A stretch of 64,000 bases of DNA, from assembly GCA_002269645.1 (NCBI GenBank), contig NIVC01002129.1:186001-250000 (forward strand). Reading direction: 5' to 3'. Below, piece by piece: positions 48,296 through 61,064 of this stretch. The notes beneath the pieces are model-generated. The model was not told the origin of the DNA. It saw only the letters and a program-made list of their open reading frames with translations, and made no database searches. Numbering within the stretch: position 1 is the first letter of the stretch; each line of letters opens with the position of its first letter. The DNA comes from Macrostomum lignano (lineage: Eukaryota). A program made the position numbers and the translations under genes.

Positions 48296-49699
48296 ACTAG
48301 ACTGAGTACATGTACTAAACGGAGGGAGAAAACAGAGTAAGCAGAGACAAGTGCAGATGAACAGCTGTAGGAACTGGCTAAGAAAGTCTTGATGAAATCA
48401 TTTGTCAACTGATTAAATCGTAAGAGAGTTTGCTGTTATCTATGGATGATTCAGTCATTGAATACTTCTATAAATGAGCACTTGTTTTCTTCAATCTTGT
48501 TACATACGATGAGCAGCTCTATTTATGCTCTCATTAATAATAACAACGACTAATCATGACTGATCGAAGCTTCTACCAGAAACAAAACAACATGTAACAT
48601 ATTGCACCGCTTGATGTTGTATGCATTGTCTCTCTTTAAACATGTGAAGCGATAACTACCCCAGTATATTCACCCATTTTTATAGCCAATCGCCGCTATT
48701 TGCAATATTATAATAATGAATACATTGTCCATGGCATATTGGTGTTTAATTTGCAATAATAAATCACGTGTATGATTCCCTGCGTGAAATTCTGGTGTTG
48801 TTGCTGAGACAAAATTTACTGCATGCATGTTTATACTACTGAGAAAGCAGGATTTACTGCTTAGCAATCATCATATTTAGTCGTTCCTTATTCACTTAAA
48901 CGTTTCCCTACTACGGAACCTCACAATACATCCTTAATGCATCGTAAGTTCGACAGAGGGCATACATAACGACAAAAAGTCAGAGCCAAAATTAAAAGAT
49001 GACATGTCGGAAGGCGGCCTAGGAACTGTGTGGATCGATATGACGATATTATCAAGTCTTCCATTTATCTGTTTGCAGACACAGCAAAAAACATAGCAGT
49101 TCTTTTGCCGTTGAAGTTTTGCACACAACTATACTTTAACTGTGTGGGCACATTTTAGAAACTAGAAATAATCAGGAAGATGCAAGACCAGAAATTCAGC
49201 TAATTAAAATAGCCGACGACGTAATCGCTGCAAAAATACGGGTACAAATTCTCGTTAAGTATAATTCAGTTGGGACTTGCAAATATAATTGATAATCAGA
49301 TCTCACTCGATGAGACTAACAAAGTTTTAACTTCTCACCGGTAACAGAATTGAAAACTTGATTGTAAGCCATCATTTAAAAAACAGAAAAAACATTATCA
49401 GGCATTTTGGAAGACAAAAACTTAAATTATTCGGTATTTAACTAGAGCTGAGACAGTTACTTTGGTTCCAATGGCAATGAAAGGATGGAGGGCGCGCGAA
49501 TCCCTAACTGGGATTTGGTTTTTTTAAACGAAAAAATACTAAAAAGATGCTAAATAACGAGCGATAAAAAAACAAAAAAATACACCCGATACAAATGCGC
49601 TTGTGGAAATTATTGTATGCTAACTTGAAAATTACGCAATACTAAAGAGTAGCAAATCGGAGCAGATATAATTTTTTCTTAAGTCTCAAGCTTGGTATC

Positions 49700-49920
49700 T
49701 AGGCGGCTGGCCCAGCAACTGGGGATCTGGGAGCTGCTGGTGGCACATCAACTGAGGATTTGAGAAGCTGTTGGCCCAGCAGCTGAGGATCTGGGAGGCT
49801 GGTGGCCCAGCAACTGAGGATCTGGGAGCTGCTGGTGGCACATCAACTGAGGATTTGAGAAGCTGTTGGCCCAGCAGCTGAGGATCTGGGAGGCTGGCGC
49901 AGCAACTTGGGATCAGGGAG
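49700..49920. repeat. 28/31-bp minisatellite family (GGCCCAGCAACTGAGGATCTGGGAGGCT), block 1
   Basis: Visible in the sequence. Confidence 0.88.
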
Positions 49921-50142
49921 GAAAAACATTGAGAATATTTAGCAATTAATCTTGCTAGTAGTACGAAGAAGAAAGAACCGAAGTAGTGAAAACTGGAAAA
50001 CGCACAAAGGCCTGAAACTGAAATTGGAAAAAAAGTTGTAAGATTATATGTACTGGTATTAATAAAAAAGTTCTGTCTGGAATTTTTGGAGACTCAAGTC
50101 GAAACACCACAAGTTTGTTAAAACTTCTCAGCCCCAGTTACA

Positions 50143-50872
50143 TCAAAAGCGATCGAAAGCGGACGAAGAAATCTGCTGCATCATCTTCATGCCATTCAGG
50201 TACAACTGTCGAGTAGCGTCATCTTGCAGATTAGAATCCCGTTCCATCTCGTGATCAACAACATTGAGTCCAGTCTCTAAGTTGGCTAAAGTTTTCACTT
50301 TTTTTCGACGATTCCTTTTGCGACGCTTTCGTTTTCGAGTCTGATTGCTGTTGCTTTCGTTGGAACTGTTAACAGCAACACCCGACATTGCCTCCGCGGC
50401 GGAGGCTATAGCCGGCGTGGTAACAGTCTGATGGACAAACGAATAAAACTGATGATAGTAGCAGTTTTGGTAGTAATAATAATAATCGTTCCAACTAGGC
50501 ATAGGAAATGGAGGCAGCACTGGTAGCATCGGCATTGGCGGCATCGGCGGCAGCGGTAAATGCTGCACCGTAGAATAAGGCAGCAACATGGCATCTTGCT
50601 GCTGCTCAGGCTGACACCTGTTCTGCTTTTTTCTTCGCCTTCTACTCTTGGCGGCTTTTGTAGACATCTTTAAATGATTATTTTTCTTGTTTCTAGCACC
50701 TGTTGCAGCAGCAGCGGGAGCGGTAGTGACGGTGCTTTGGCCACCAGCACACGGGATGGTGCAATTGAATGCAATATCGATTTGTCGATTGGATTGCGAC
50801 ATCGTCAGAATTTCGGGGCGCTTTTTCTTGGCTCGAAATTTCGATCGAGTCATGCTTATCAACACTGCTGCC
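50143..50872 (-). CDS. Possible terminal exon of a low-complexity basic/Pro-rich host protein
   Basis: Open for ~240 codons after a pyrimidine-rich CCCAG acceptor; KSRRRRKK and RKRKRRKRNRRKK clusters; no family recognised. Confidence 0.4.
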
Positions 50873-50954
50873 CTGGGAAGTGAGGAAAACAAACAAAACT
50901 TATTAGGTGATGAAGGCAAAAATAGAAATTTTAAATACCATACCAACTGGTATG

Positions 50955-51510
50955 GTGGCTGGTGGCCCAGCAACTGAGGATCTGGGAGGCCAGTGGCCCA
51001 GTAACTGAGACTATAAGAGGCTGGCCTAGCAACTGGGAATCTGGGAGGCTGGTGGCCCAGCAACTGAGGATCTGGGAGGTTGGCACAGCAACTGAGAATA
51101 TAAGAGGCTGGCCCAGAAACTGGGGATCTGGGAGGCTGGTGGCCCAGGAACTGAGGATCTGGGAGGCTGGCCCTGCAACTGGGAATCTGGGAGGCTGGTG
51201 GCCCAGCAACTGAGGATCTGGGAGGTTGGCACAGCAACTGAGAATATAAGAGGCTGGCCCAGAAACTGGGGATCTGGGAGGCTGGTGGCCCAGGAACTGA
51301 GGATCTGGGAGGCTGGCCCTGCAACTGAGGATCTGGGAGGCTGGCCCAGGAACTGAGGATCTGGGAGGCTGGCCCAGCAACTGAGGATCTGGGAGGCTGG
51401 TGGCCCAGCAACTGAGGATCTGGGAGGCTGGCCCAGCAACTGAGGATCTGGGAGGCTGGTGGCCCAGCAACTGAGGATCTGGGAGGCTGGCCCAGCAACT
51501 GAGGATCTTT
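50955..51510. repeat. 28/31-bp minisatellite family, block 2
   Basis: Same unit as 49700-49920. Confidence 0.92.
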
Positions 51511-51894
51511 TTAACGAATAGCGGATAAAATGCAAGAATTGAGTAAATAAATTGTTAAAAAAAGCCAGCAGGCCAACAAACAAAATAATAATCATTAGAA
51601 ACAGTAGATGCGTGTATTAAGGCTAAAGTAGCAAGCATAAAAAGTAGAAAAATTGGTATGGTAAGACAAATGTTTAAGACTGCAGATGCTAACAACAGAC
51701 TTCATTATGGAGTGAGCGGTATAATAGTATTGAAACGTGGCTTTTCAAAAACAGAAAAAGTAATATAAAATAACTAATTTAGAGTGTAAAACTATTTAAA
51801 CAAAATGCCATTTAAATGCAATCGGCTAAGTCAAGGGTTGGCATAACTCTTTATCTTCAGGGCCAGATGGAGAATATAGCGCATTATTGAGGAC

Positions 51895-52860
51895 CAGAGG
51901 AGGGGAGAGGAGTGAACAAGGGAGAGAAGAAAGAATAGGGGAGAGGAGAGGAGGGAGAGGAGAGGAGGGAGAGGAGGGAGAGGAGAGGAGGGAGAGGAGA
52001 GGAGGGAGAGGAGAGGAGAGGGGAGGAGAGGAGAGGAGAGGAGAGGAGAGGGGAGGGGAGGAGAGGAGAGGAGAGGAGAGGAGAGGGGAGGAGAGGAGAG
52101 AGAGGAGAGGAGAGAGAGGAGAGGGGAGGAGAGGAGGGAGAGGAGAGGAGAGGAGAGGAGAGGAGAGGAGAGGAGAGGAGAGGAGAGGAGAGGAGAGGAG
52201 AGGAGAGGAGAGGAGGGAGAGGAGAGGAGAGGAGAGGAGAGGAGAGGAGAGGGGAGGAGAGGAGAGGAGGGAGAGGAGAGGAGAGGAGAGGAGAGGGGAG
52301 GAGAGGAGAGGAGAGGAGAGGGGAGGAGGAGGGAGAGGAGAGGAGAGGGGAGGAGAGGAGGGAGAGGAGAGGAGAGGAGAGGGGAGGAGAGGAGAGGAGG
52401 GAGAGGAGAGGAGAGGAGAGGAGAGGGGAGGAGAGGAGAGGAGAGGAGAGGGGAGGAGGAGGGAGAGGAGAGGAGAGGGGAGGAGAGGAGGGAGAGGAGA
52501 GGAGAGGAGAGGAGAGGAGAGGAGAGGAGGGAGAGGAGAGGAGAGGAGAGGAGAGGAGAGAGAGGAGAGGGGAGGAGAGGAGAGAGAGGAGAGGAGAGGA
52601 GGGAGAGGAGAGGAGAGGAGAGGAGGGAGAGGAGAGGAGAGGAGAGAGAGGAGAGGAGAGGAGAGGAGGGAGAGGAGAGGAGAGGAGAGAGAGGAGAGGA
52701 GGGAGAGGAGAGGAGGAGAGGAGGGAGATGAGAGGAGGGAGAGGAGAGGAGAAGAGAGGAGGGAGAGGAGAGGAGAGGAGGAGAGAACAGATGAGGAGAG
52801 GACGGGAGAGGAGAGGAGAGAAGATGGGAGAGGAAAGGAGGGGAGAAAAGAGGAGAGGGG
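51895..52860. repeat. (GGAGA)n microsatellite
   Basis: Visible in the sequence. Confidence 0.96.
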
Positions 52861-53263
52861 AGCCGAGGAGATAGAGAAGAGAGCTGAAGAGAAACACAAA
52901 CCCTGAGCGGGCCGGATTGCAGTCGTGAAGGTTCAAAGGGCCCCCGAGGACCGGATAGAGAGCCTTGGCGGGCCTTAGTTTGTCGACTCCCTAGACTAAG
53001 TGCAAGTTTAATAAACAGATATATTGATTATTTTGCTACAAAAATACAGATTTCAAATTTATTAACAAAGGCTACGATAATTACAAAAATATGGCTCGAC
53101 CTCGATTTGTTGAAAAAAATGTTTTCTTTACAGCGCTTACTTAGAAAAACATCATTACTAATGAATAATTAACAAATTGGTGTCTGTTGCAATGAAAAAA
53201 TAACGCCAATTAGTTTTTAGAAGTGTATAAATAGTTAACTATAAATAGAGTATAAATAGTTGA

Positions 53264-54692
53264 CTACCAAATGCTTGCACGCCAGTGCCGCCGCCTATGA
53301 TAATTGTTTTCATGGGAGTCGTCAATGACAATAGGATAATTACTGTCGCCTTCACTTGGCGGCGGTCCCAGACGAGAGAACACGCTTGGTCGGGTTGCAA
53401 TGCGAGCAGGACTGTAATCATATTGCTGCTGCTGCTGCTGATACCTGGTCGTAGGCGGTGGAGTCGGCAGCAGAGACATGGGACGCACCGATCTCTGTCT
53501 TGGCCTTGACAGTGGCGACCTTGACCTTGACCTTGACCTCACTGGCACTGGCCTCAGCGCAGGTGGAGCCGGTTCAATGTGCAACACTTCAACATCATCG
53601 TCTGCAGCTTCTGCGCTATTGTCGGGTGGCGAATTTTCGAGTTGGCCGACAGCGGATGGAACAGCGACTTGGCTGTCGGTTGTATTGCTACTATCACTAG
53701 TAGTACCTGTATCACTAGTCGTTGACTCGCTAGACTCAGCCTCAGCCTCGGCTTCATCAGTTGTTTGCAGACTCAACGGTTGCGGTTTAACAAACAGCTG
53801 TACAAAGAAGAATTTAAAAAATGCAGGATTTAAATATAGCTGATTACTACTGAGACGTAAATATTACTCGTACCTACAATTGATGGTTGATGGTCAATTC
53901 TAAGAAACGATTTGATTGCCAATTCTAAGAAACGATTTGATGGCCAATTCTAAGAAACGATTTGATGGCCAATTCTAAGAAACGATTTGATGGCCAATTC
54001 TAAGAAACGATTTGATGGCCAATTCTAAGAAACGATTTGATGGCCAATTCTAAGAAACGATTTGATGGCCAATTCTAAGAAACGATTTGATGGCCAATTC
54101 TAAGAAACGATTTGATGGCCAATTCTAAGAAACGATTTGAAGTCCAATTTTAAGAAACAATTTGAAGGTCAATTCTAAGAAAAAATTTGAAGGCCAACTC
54201 TTAGAATCAAGTTGTTCCAAGACATTGCTAACTAGTACATATCGATTGGCATCCTCAACTAGCACACTAGAATGGCAAACGGCCTTAGACCGTGATACTA
54301 AAGCTTACCAAACCCTATTAACCCAGCACATTAAACGCACAGCGTACCTCAACACCAAACAGCCGAAGCTCAGCTAATCGGCGTTTCATTTCAACGCCAG
54401 TAGGCTGGTAGACGTCGCGGACAAATACAACAGACTTGTCATTGACACTAATATCCAGCCTCACAATGTCTACAGGCTGCAATGGCCGACCAAGCAGTGC
54501 AGCGATTTCTTCAACTAGATTACTAGTGGATGGCAGACCGTGTATCATAAACCAGCCCATGCGCTTGACATTGTCAGATTCCAGCCGACTATCTAATTGG
54601 TTGCTACTGGTGTTGTTGTTGCTATCAGGCGGATCTTCATTTAAGTACATGTAGACAGCCAGGGCGCTATGGGCCAGCTCCGTCTTCGGCAT
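53264..54692 (-). CDS. Two-exon gene (54692-54348, 53797-53264; ~292 aa): degenerate RRM-like domain plus Ser/Pro/Arg-rich tail
   Basis: Phase-0 GAG|GTACGC donor and TACAG acceptor give RLFGVE|LFVKPQP; FMIHGLP is RNP2-like; RSRSRSRSP and poly-Q in exon 2. Confidence 0.6.
53888..54200. repeat. 25-bp tandem repeat (TGGCCAATTCTAAGAAACGATTTGA)n in the intron
   Basis: Period 25 (53941, 53966, ...). Confidence 0.95.
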
Positions 54693-54864
54693 GGCCAAGG
54701 GTCGGAGGGATGGAGAAGGGGCGAGAAAGTCTTGCGTTTTTTAAATGGCAAATGGAAGATAACCTAAAATGTTAAAGTATAGAGAGCCAAAAAGATCATT
54801 ACACAGATAATTACATTACACAACCTCCCTAATTGTGCACTTCTCATTCTCTCCTTATCTGTCT

Positions 54865-54972
54865 ACTGCCCAGTCTCTTCCTGTCTGTCTACTTCTCAGT
54901 CTCTTCCCATGTCTACTTCTCAGTCTCTTCCCATATGTCTACTTCTCAGTCTCTTCCCATATGTCTACTTCT
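54865..54972. repeat. 24-26-bp tandem repeat (GTCTACTTCTCAGTCTCTTCCCAT)n, about 4 copies
   Basis: Visible in the sequence. Confidence 0.85.
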
Positions 54973-56741
54973 CTAAGAAAGAGACATACTCACTACGCAA
55001 ACTGCTCAAAATGTGTGATTTTTTTCACTAAATCCTGCATAGCGCCATTGGCCACTCCAATTCTACCAATCTTCAAATTTTACACAAACAATCTTCAACT
55101 ATTTTGGCTCAATCATGTAAAATTTTGAGTCTCAAAGTTAATCTTGAACAGCACTATGCACTTTTAAAGTTAGACTACTTTTTTCAACAAGACAGCGACC
55201 TCAACCTTTGCCTGCCTGCCTGCCTTTCTTTCCTGACCTGGGCCCAAAAGGTGTAAATAGGTTTTAAAATTGACTAACTTTTGGCTACTATAAGTTTGTT
55301 CCACATAAAGCAATTGACTTAAAACTTGACACAATTCTTCATTGACTTATTCTCTGTCTAAATGTAAATTTTCAAGTTCAACTCTGTAATTTAGTTAGAG
55401 CAAAAACTGTTAGCATGTGAAGTTTGTTTGCTTTTTCTGTTGTTTGTGCCACTCACTCACTCATTCCCTCAGAGCCAGATGAAGGGTCAAGTGATAGGGC
55501 TGAATGTACATAGCAAATGTACAGTGTTTTGGAATAACTTTATTTATAGCCTTCTCTGTACCCCAGAGTGGAGAGGCTACAGTTAGCCATGACAGTTAAG
55601 TGAGAAATTCAAATCACTTGCCCTTTGTATAGGCAAACTCTGCAGCAGTTTAACAGTGGATGGCAATTGGCAAATCAAGGGAATCTAGCATGGTTTATAA
55701 AAGTGAAGGATTTATGAAAAGGTGATGCAATGCAAAACAACCTTACTTAATTAGGCACACCATGGAAATTTTTACCAATTCCAATTGGTAAAATTGGAGT
55801 GGCACTATAGAGGATTTAGTGAAAAAAATCATGCATTTTGAGTAGTTTTTTTGCACTTTTAGATAGGAAGATTTGAGATTATGAAATTTTAAGGTAGCCT
55901 AAGCCTAAGACATTTTCTGTAGTGAGTTTAGGGTTGGTTTTTAGGTTGCAAATTTTTGTGTAGGCCCTAATTTGGTTGAGCAGTTTGGGACTCCATAGGC
56001 CTAGACCATAGCAATCAAAATTTATATAGACAGACACACACACAGACAGACAGAGTTTTGATTTTTATATGTAGAGATAATTACAAACCATGTATAATAT
56101 AGTTTGCTTTATGATAGAAGGTCTATATCAGTAATAGCCACTTTGGTAACAAGTGAGAATAATAATATATATTAATTGCTATATTCCAAGAATACAAAAA
56201 ATATTTTTAATTTTTAATGCACCTAATAGGCCTAATGCTTCTAATTTTTTTTATAAGGCCTTATGCTAAAGTATGTATTCAAAAAATGTAATATAGTTTA
56301 ATTACAAAAATTGAACTATACTAGAAATAAAGTATTTGATATATTATTTAGACCTGTTAAATTGATAGTTTTTTAAGTCATTGTTATATAGCATAAAGAC
56401 ATAGCAATAGCATTGACAATTGTAAATCTATTTTGTTACTAAAGTGGTCATTATTTATTACCAAAGTATTTTTAGGCTAGGCCTAGGCCTATCTATAGAA
56501 ATAGGACCAGCTGATATAATCATGAATTCTATAAGAATACTAATACAATTCATAGGTATCTAAATAGATCAATTAGATCAATAGCTAAGCTAATTGGTAC
56601 ATAGACTACAGTGGCAATACAGGAGGTAGGAGGCAGAGGGGGCTGCTATCCCCAAGTAACAACCCTCTGGCTCTTACCCTGCTGGGCCTGGGGGTGGGTG
56701 TAGGGGGTGATGACCACCCTCCCCCTCCCAGACTTATCCCT

Positions 56742-56902
56742 AGTGGTGGATTGGCAAAAGTTGGCAGATCAGCGAAAGCTGCTGTGGTGGATTGGCAAAA
56801 GCTAGCAGATCAGCGAAAGCTGCTTGTGGATTGGCAAAAGCTGGTAGATCAGCGAAAGCTGCTGGTGGTCATGGTGGATCGGCAAAAGCTGGCAGATCAG
56901 CC
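56742..56902. repeat. ~40-bp tandem repeat (GTGGATTGGCAAAAGCTGGCAGATCAGCGAAAGCTGCT-like), 4 copies
   Basis: Visible in the sequence. Confidence 0.85.
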
Positions 56903-59282
56903 AGCGAAAAGTTTACAAAATTAGGGCAAACGAAAAGAAATAAATGAATTAAAAGAGATAGAATTGGAATCAAAATTTAACCGTTTTGTACAGCACAGTT
57001 AGGCCTAAACATTTACTTACAACCCTTTGCTGGCGGACATTGAGCGTGCGCATGTGCATGTGGCATATAGGCCTAACGTGGCCACTGGCCAGTACGGACT
57101 GCACCGCGCACGTGTCCCACCTAGGAACAAAAACTTTTAAAATTTCAGTAAAGAGAAAAAAATTAGAACATATTTTCCTGTCCTTAACAACATAAAAAAA
57201 AACAATTTTTTAAGCTTACATTGACAATATTTAATGTAAGCTGTTTACACTAATGTTTCTACTTTTAATAGTTAAAATTAGTCACGTGCATCCAAACTAT
57301 ACACCGGTATAGTGCTAATAACTGCACTAACCGGCAATGCAATATTTTTAAAACTAAATGATAATTTGTCATTGATTGCGTATTTTATATTATCATGTGA
57401 CTTATTCATGTGCTAAATGTAAAAAAAACATTTTTATAAATAAGTACTACTTTAGCTGCATATAAACTTTATAATCTAGTCTCTAGGCCGCATACATAAT
57501 CCTCTTACTCAGTCTACACTCTACGACTAATAGGCCTACTAGTACTAACTATACAGAGTAGGCTGTATTACTGTATTGTACCCATCGGCATCAACTCGCC
57601 TGACTCATTTTTTTTAATGTGTATAATGATGCTAAATGGCCTTAGGCCTAGTCACAGAAGGACAAACAAACAGTTATTATATAATATTGAGCTTGTTAGT
57701 AGGGCCTAACTTGATTTAGGCCCTAATTATATATCAAATATTTTTAATAGGCCCCTATTATAAATAGGCCTAGGCTAGGGGTAGGGCCAACTGCTAAGCC
57801 AAGCGCCTATGAAAATATTGTAGGCCTAGTTAGCCACTAAGAAGGCAAATAGTCACAAGGCACAGGGGCTAGGCTAGGCCTAGCCTAGTCACTTATAAAT
57901 CTTGAAACTGAAGATCAAAATTTAAAAATAAATAACTAAAGCCTAGAGAGGATTGATTATTATGCTAGCAGTCCCAGTCCTAGAAAGTTCCTAGGGCCTA
58001 GGCCTATTTATGACAATGCTTATTCCCATAATCCCATGCCAATAATGACAATATTATGCATATAGTTCTATTGCCACTAGTGTAAGGCCCTATGCCCTAC
58101 TAAGCCAATAATGTTTTAGGCCTAGGCCCTATTTATCTAGACTTTATTATAGATAAATTATAAAATAATAGGCCTAGCTATAACTATCCTAAAAGTAATT
58201 ACTTTAAATTATATTTCTCATTTTCACAAGTGCAGATTGATAGATAGGCCTAATTTTGAACAAGGGGCATAATACAAATTACTAAGATAGGCCTATATAT
58301 ATATTATACATGTCTAACCTATGCACATGATCCTAATTTACGCATATTTTTCATATAAAAAATGAAAAATTTCAATATATTAAGGAGTAGGCCTATATAG
58401 GCCTATTGTACCCTGTATACTATTTCCCCTTTAAATTTGGCACTAGGGGGGGCCTATGCTTTGATAATCCAAATAAAATATTTTTTTTAAATAAACAATA
58501 AAAAATAAGAATTATGAACAATACTATAACATTAACTTGGCCTAGTCCTAGTGGCATAAATAGGCCTAGGGAATTTTTGATTCAGTCTATTGAATATATT
58601 TGTTACAGGGGTCTTGGGGGAGGGAAGTTTTCCTATTGCTGACACCAAAAATCTGTTGCAGGGCTCCTGGGTAATTTATTAGAATCTTACTGATGTTACT
58701 AAATCTGTTGTAGGGTGAGATTACTGACTCCTATTCTATCAAGTTATCACAAGGGACTTAATTGGGGAACAAAGAAAGATGCAAATTCTACTACTAACAG
58801 AAGTAAGCCGTGGGTTGCTCCTGGGGCGTGAAGTGTCCAAGCGGCAAGACACTGTCTATATTAAACTTAACTAGTCCAAGGGAGGGCTATGCAATAGATC
58901 AGAGTTGCCTGGGAAATGGGGAGCACAAAGGGGGGATTTTAACAGCTAATAGGGAATGCTGACATGGGAAGGATACGCCTTAATAGGGAATAAGCTAAGG
59001 GTAGGACGCCTAAGCAGACAGTGTGTCTGGATGACGAGTTGGCAAATAGCCAGGTTAATCAAAGATCTGGGGAAGGGAGGCCTCATGCCTGTCCAACTGA
59101 TAAAGGAAAAGGGGGTTAGAAATATTACTCAGTAAGAGACTGTACGTTCTCTGGGGGAGAGAGAAAAAAGGCTGTACGCTTATAGCTGAACAAATGCCTT
59201 CTAGGGAAAAGAGGAAAGGTGACTGTATGCTTAAAGCTGGAAACAAGACCTCTCGGGGAAGGGGAAAGGCGGGCGCCTTCAA

Positions 59283-59461
59283 AGGAATAACTCATAGACT
59301 GATCTATTTTTAGAACAACTGTTCATTTCGGCCGAAAGGCAAAGCCTGCTACAAAGAGGCGACCACAGAAGTTGGGCTCTCTACAGATCTATTTTGCTCA
59401 TATTTATAGTAATTTTAGTAAAATGGCGGACAATTCATAACAAAACTTTAAAAATAGGAGG
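59283..59461 (+). repeat. Dispersed ~180-bp repeat, copy 2
   Basis: Matches 39070-39248. Confidence 0.9.
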
Positions 59462-59807
59462 TAAAGTAACAAAATATCTCCCATTAGGCTTCAATTTATT
59501 GTTTTTTTGTAATTTCCTTTTGTTATACCAAAAGTCATTGGTTATATTGGTATATATTTAAGTGTTGCTCAAAGAAATAATATATACCCTTTGGTAGATA
59601 AAGAATAACCAAGATTCATCAGCTTTAGTTTCTATTGTCTATTTCTTTAAATATTATTAGAGTTAATATAAAAAGAGTGGCTGCTAGAACATACATGCCC
59701 AAGTTCAAAATTTTACCTATCTAGTATGACTTAGTTTTGTCCAGATTTGTAACTTTGTTTCTCCTGATTGCAACTTATTTCCTATACTTAGGTGCAACCT
59801 AGGGATT

Positions 59808-59931
59808 CACCTGGCCATTTCTATTGGCAACACACACGTATAAGTCACTATTGGAGGGAATAGTAGTCAGGTGACTGCTCTTAGCCAATAGCAACTTACA
59901 TGTATGTGTTGCCAATAGAAACAGCCAAGTG
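59808..59931. mobile_element. Fold-back element / candidate CACTA-type MITE (124 bp)
   Basis: ~38-bp imperfect inverted repeats beginning CAC and ending GTG; ATT on both flanks. Confidence 0.55.
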
Positions 59932-61064
59932 ATTGACATAAGATTGCGCATTTATGTTATTTCCTCTTGATTATGACTTAATTTTCACTTTATATATACT
60001 TTTCTTGCCTTTTACTTTTTTCTTCTCTTTCCTCTTTCCCCTCTTTCTCTTCTTCTTTTCTTTTCCTTTTCTCTTCATCTCCTTTCTTTCTTCTTCCAAA
60101 TTTTCATTTTTTGCATTTTTGTTTTTGCAACTTACCTTGGCTTGCAGCCATTTTACCTGTCTGGTTTGGATGGGTCAAAAAGGTGTTGGGCATGTATATG
60201 CTAGAAATTTATGCAAAATGATATAAATATTTAATATTTGTATCATTAGAATTAGAGATAATAAAGTTATACTACTTTTGGGATAGCTTTTGTACATGCA
60301 TTTAAATGTAAAAAGTAGTAGACCCATTCCTATGCTTATTAATTGACTATTTAGCCTCTATGCAAATAATGCAAAGCATTAATATCTACCTAACCTAACT
60401 AAAGTTCAAAAAGGTATGTATATGTATTTTTGAAATTATGATTTAGGCATTGTAATCATTTTTGTTAAAAAAACTAAAAAAAGTAAAATAGTTTTTTAAA
60501 GCTTTAAAGTAGTAAAATAGTTTTAATACTTTTTATAATGAATATTTTGTTAGAACTTAATAATTAAGTTTAATTCTAACAACAGAGGTGCTTCTATTTT
60601 TGAAAATATCACAGTTTTCACAAGTCTTTTCTATGAAAAAGAAGACACCAGGGGACAAAAGGGGCCCAGCCAAAGTTAGTCAAAAAATGCCCACTCAAAA
60701 TTGATATAGTACTAGTTAGATGACGAGGCATTTAAGCCTCAATAATATAGTCTTGGTTACTTCTGCTGTTTACCCAACATTATGTTAAATTATGTTTAGG
60801 TTTCTCTGATAGGTAAGTAGCACTTTTTTGTCAAAAAGTAAGTTGCACAGCCAGTGTTAATCAGGAGGGTTGCGCATGTATGCTCACTGATATCAGCTGG
60901 CATCTTGGCTTATAATTTGGCCTTAGGATACCCAATAGTACTGAGATTCTGACAGAGGCAGAATTCAACTCTCCTCTCTAATTCTTGCATGCTCAAAAAA
61001 GCTCAACTGCTGCAACTCAAAGTGTCAGTACTTATATATAGATCGAACTCTCTAACTTGAGACC

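Noticed and set aside
50931-51595. Pro/Ser-rich ORFs (PPRSSVAGPASQILSCW...)
   Set aside because: Translations of the 28/31-bp minisatellite.
51826-52936. 350-aa LSSP / ERRG ORFs
   Set aside because: Translations of (GGAGA)n.
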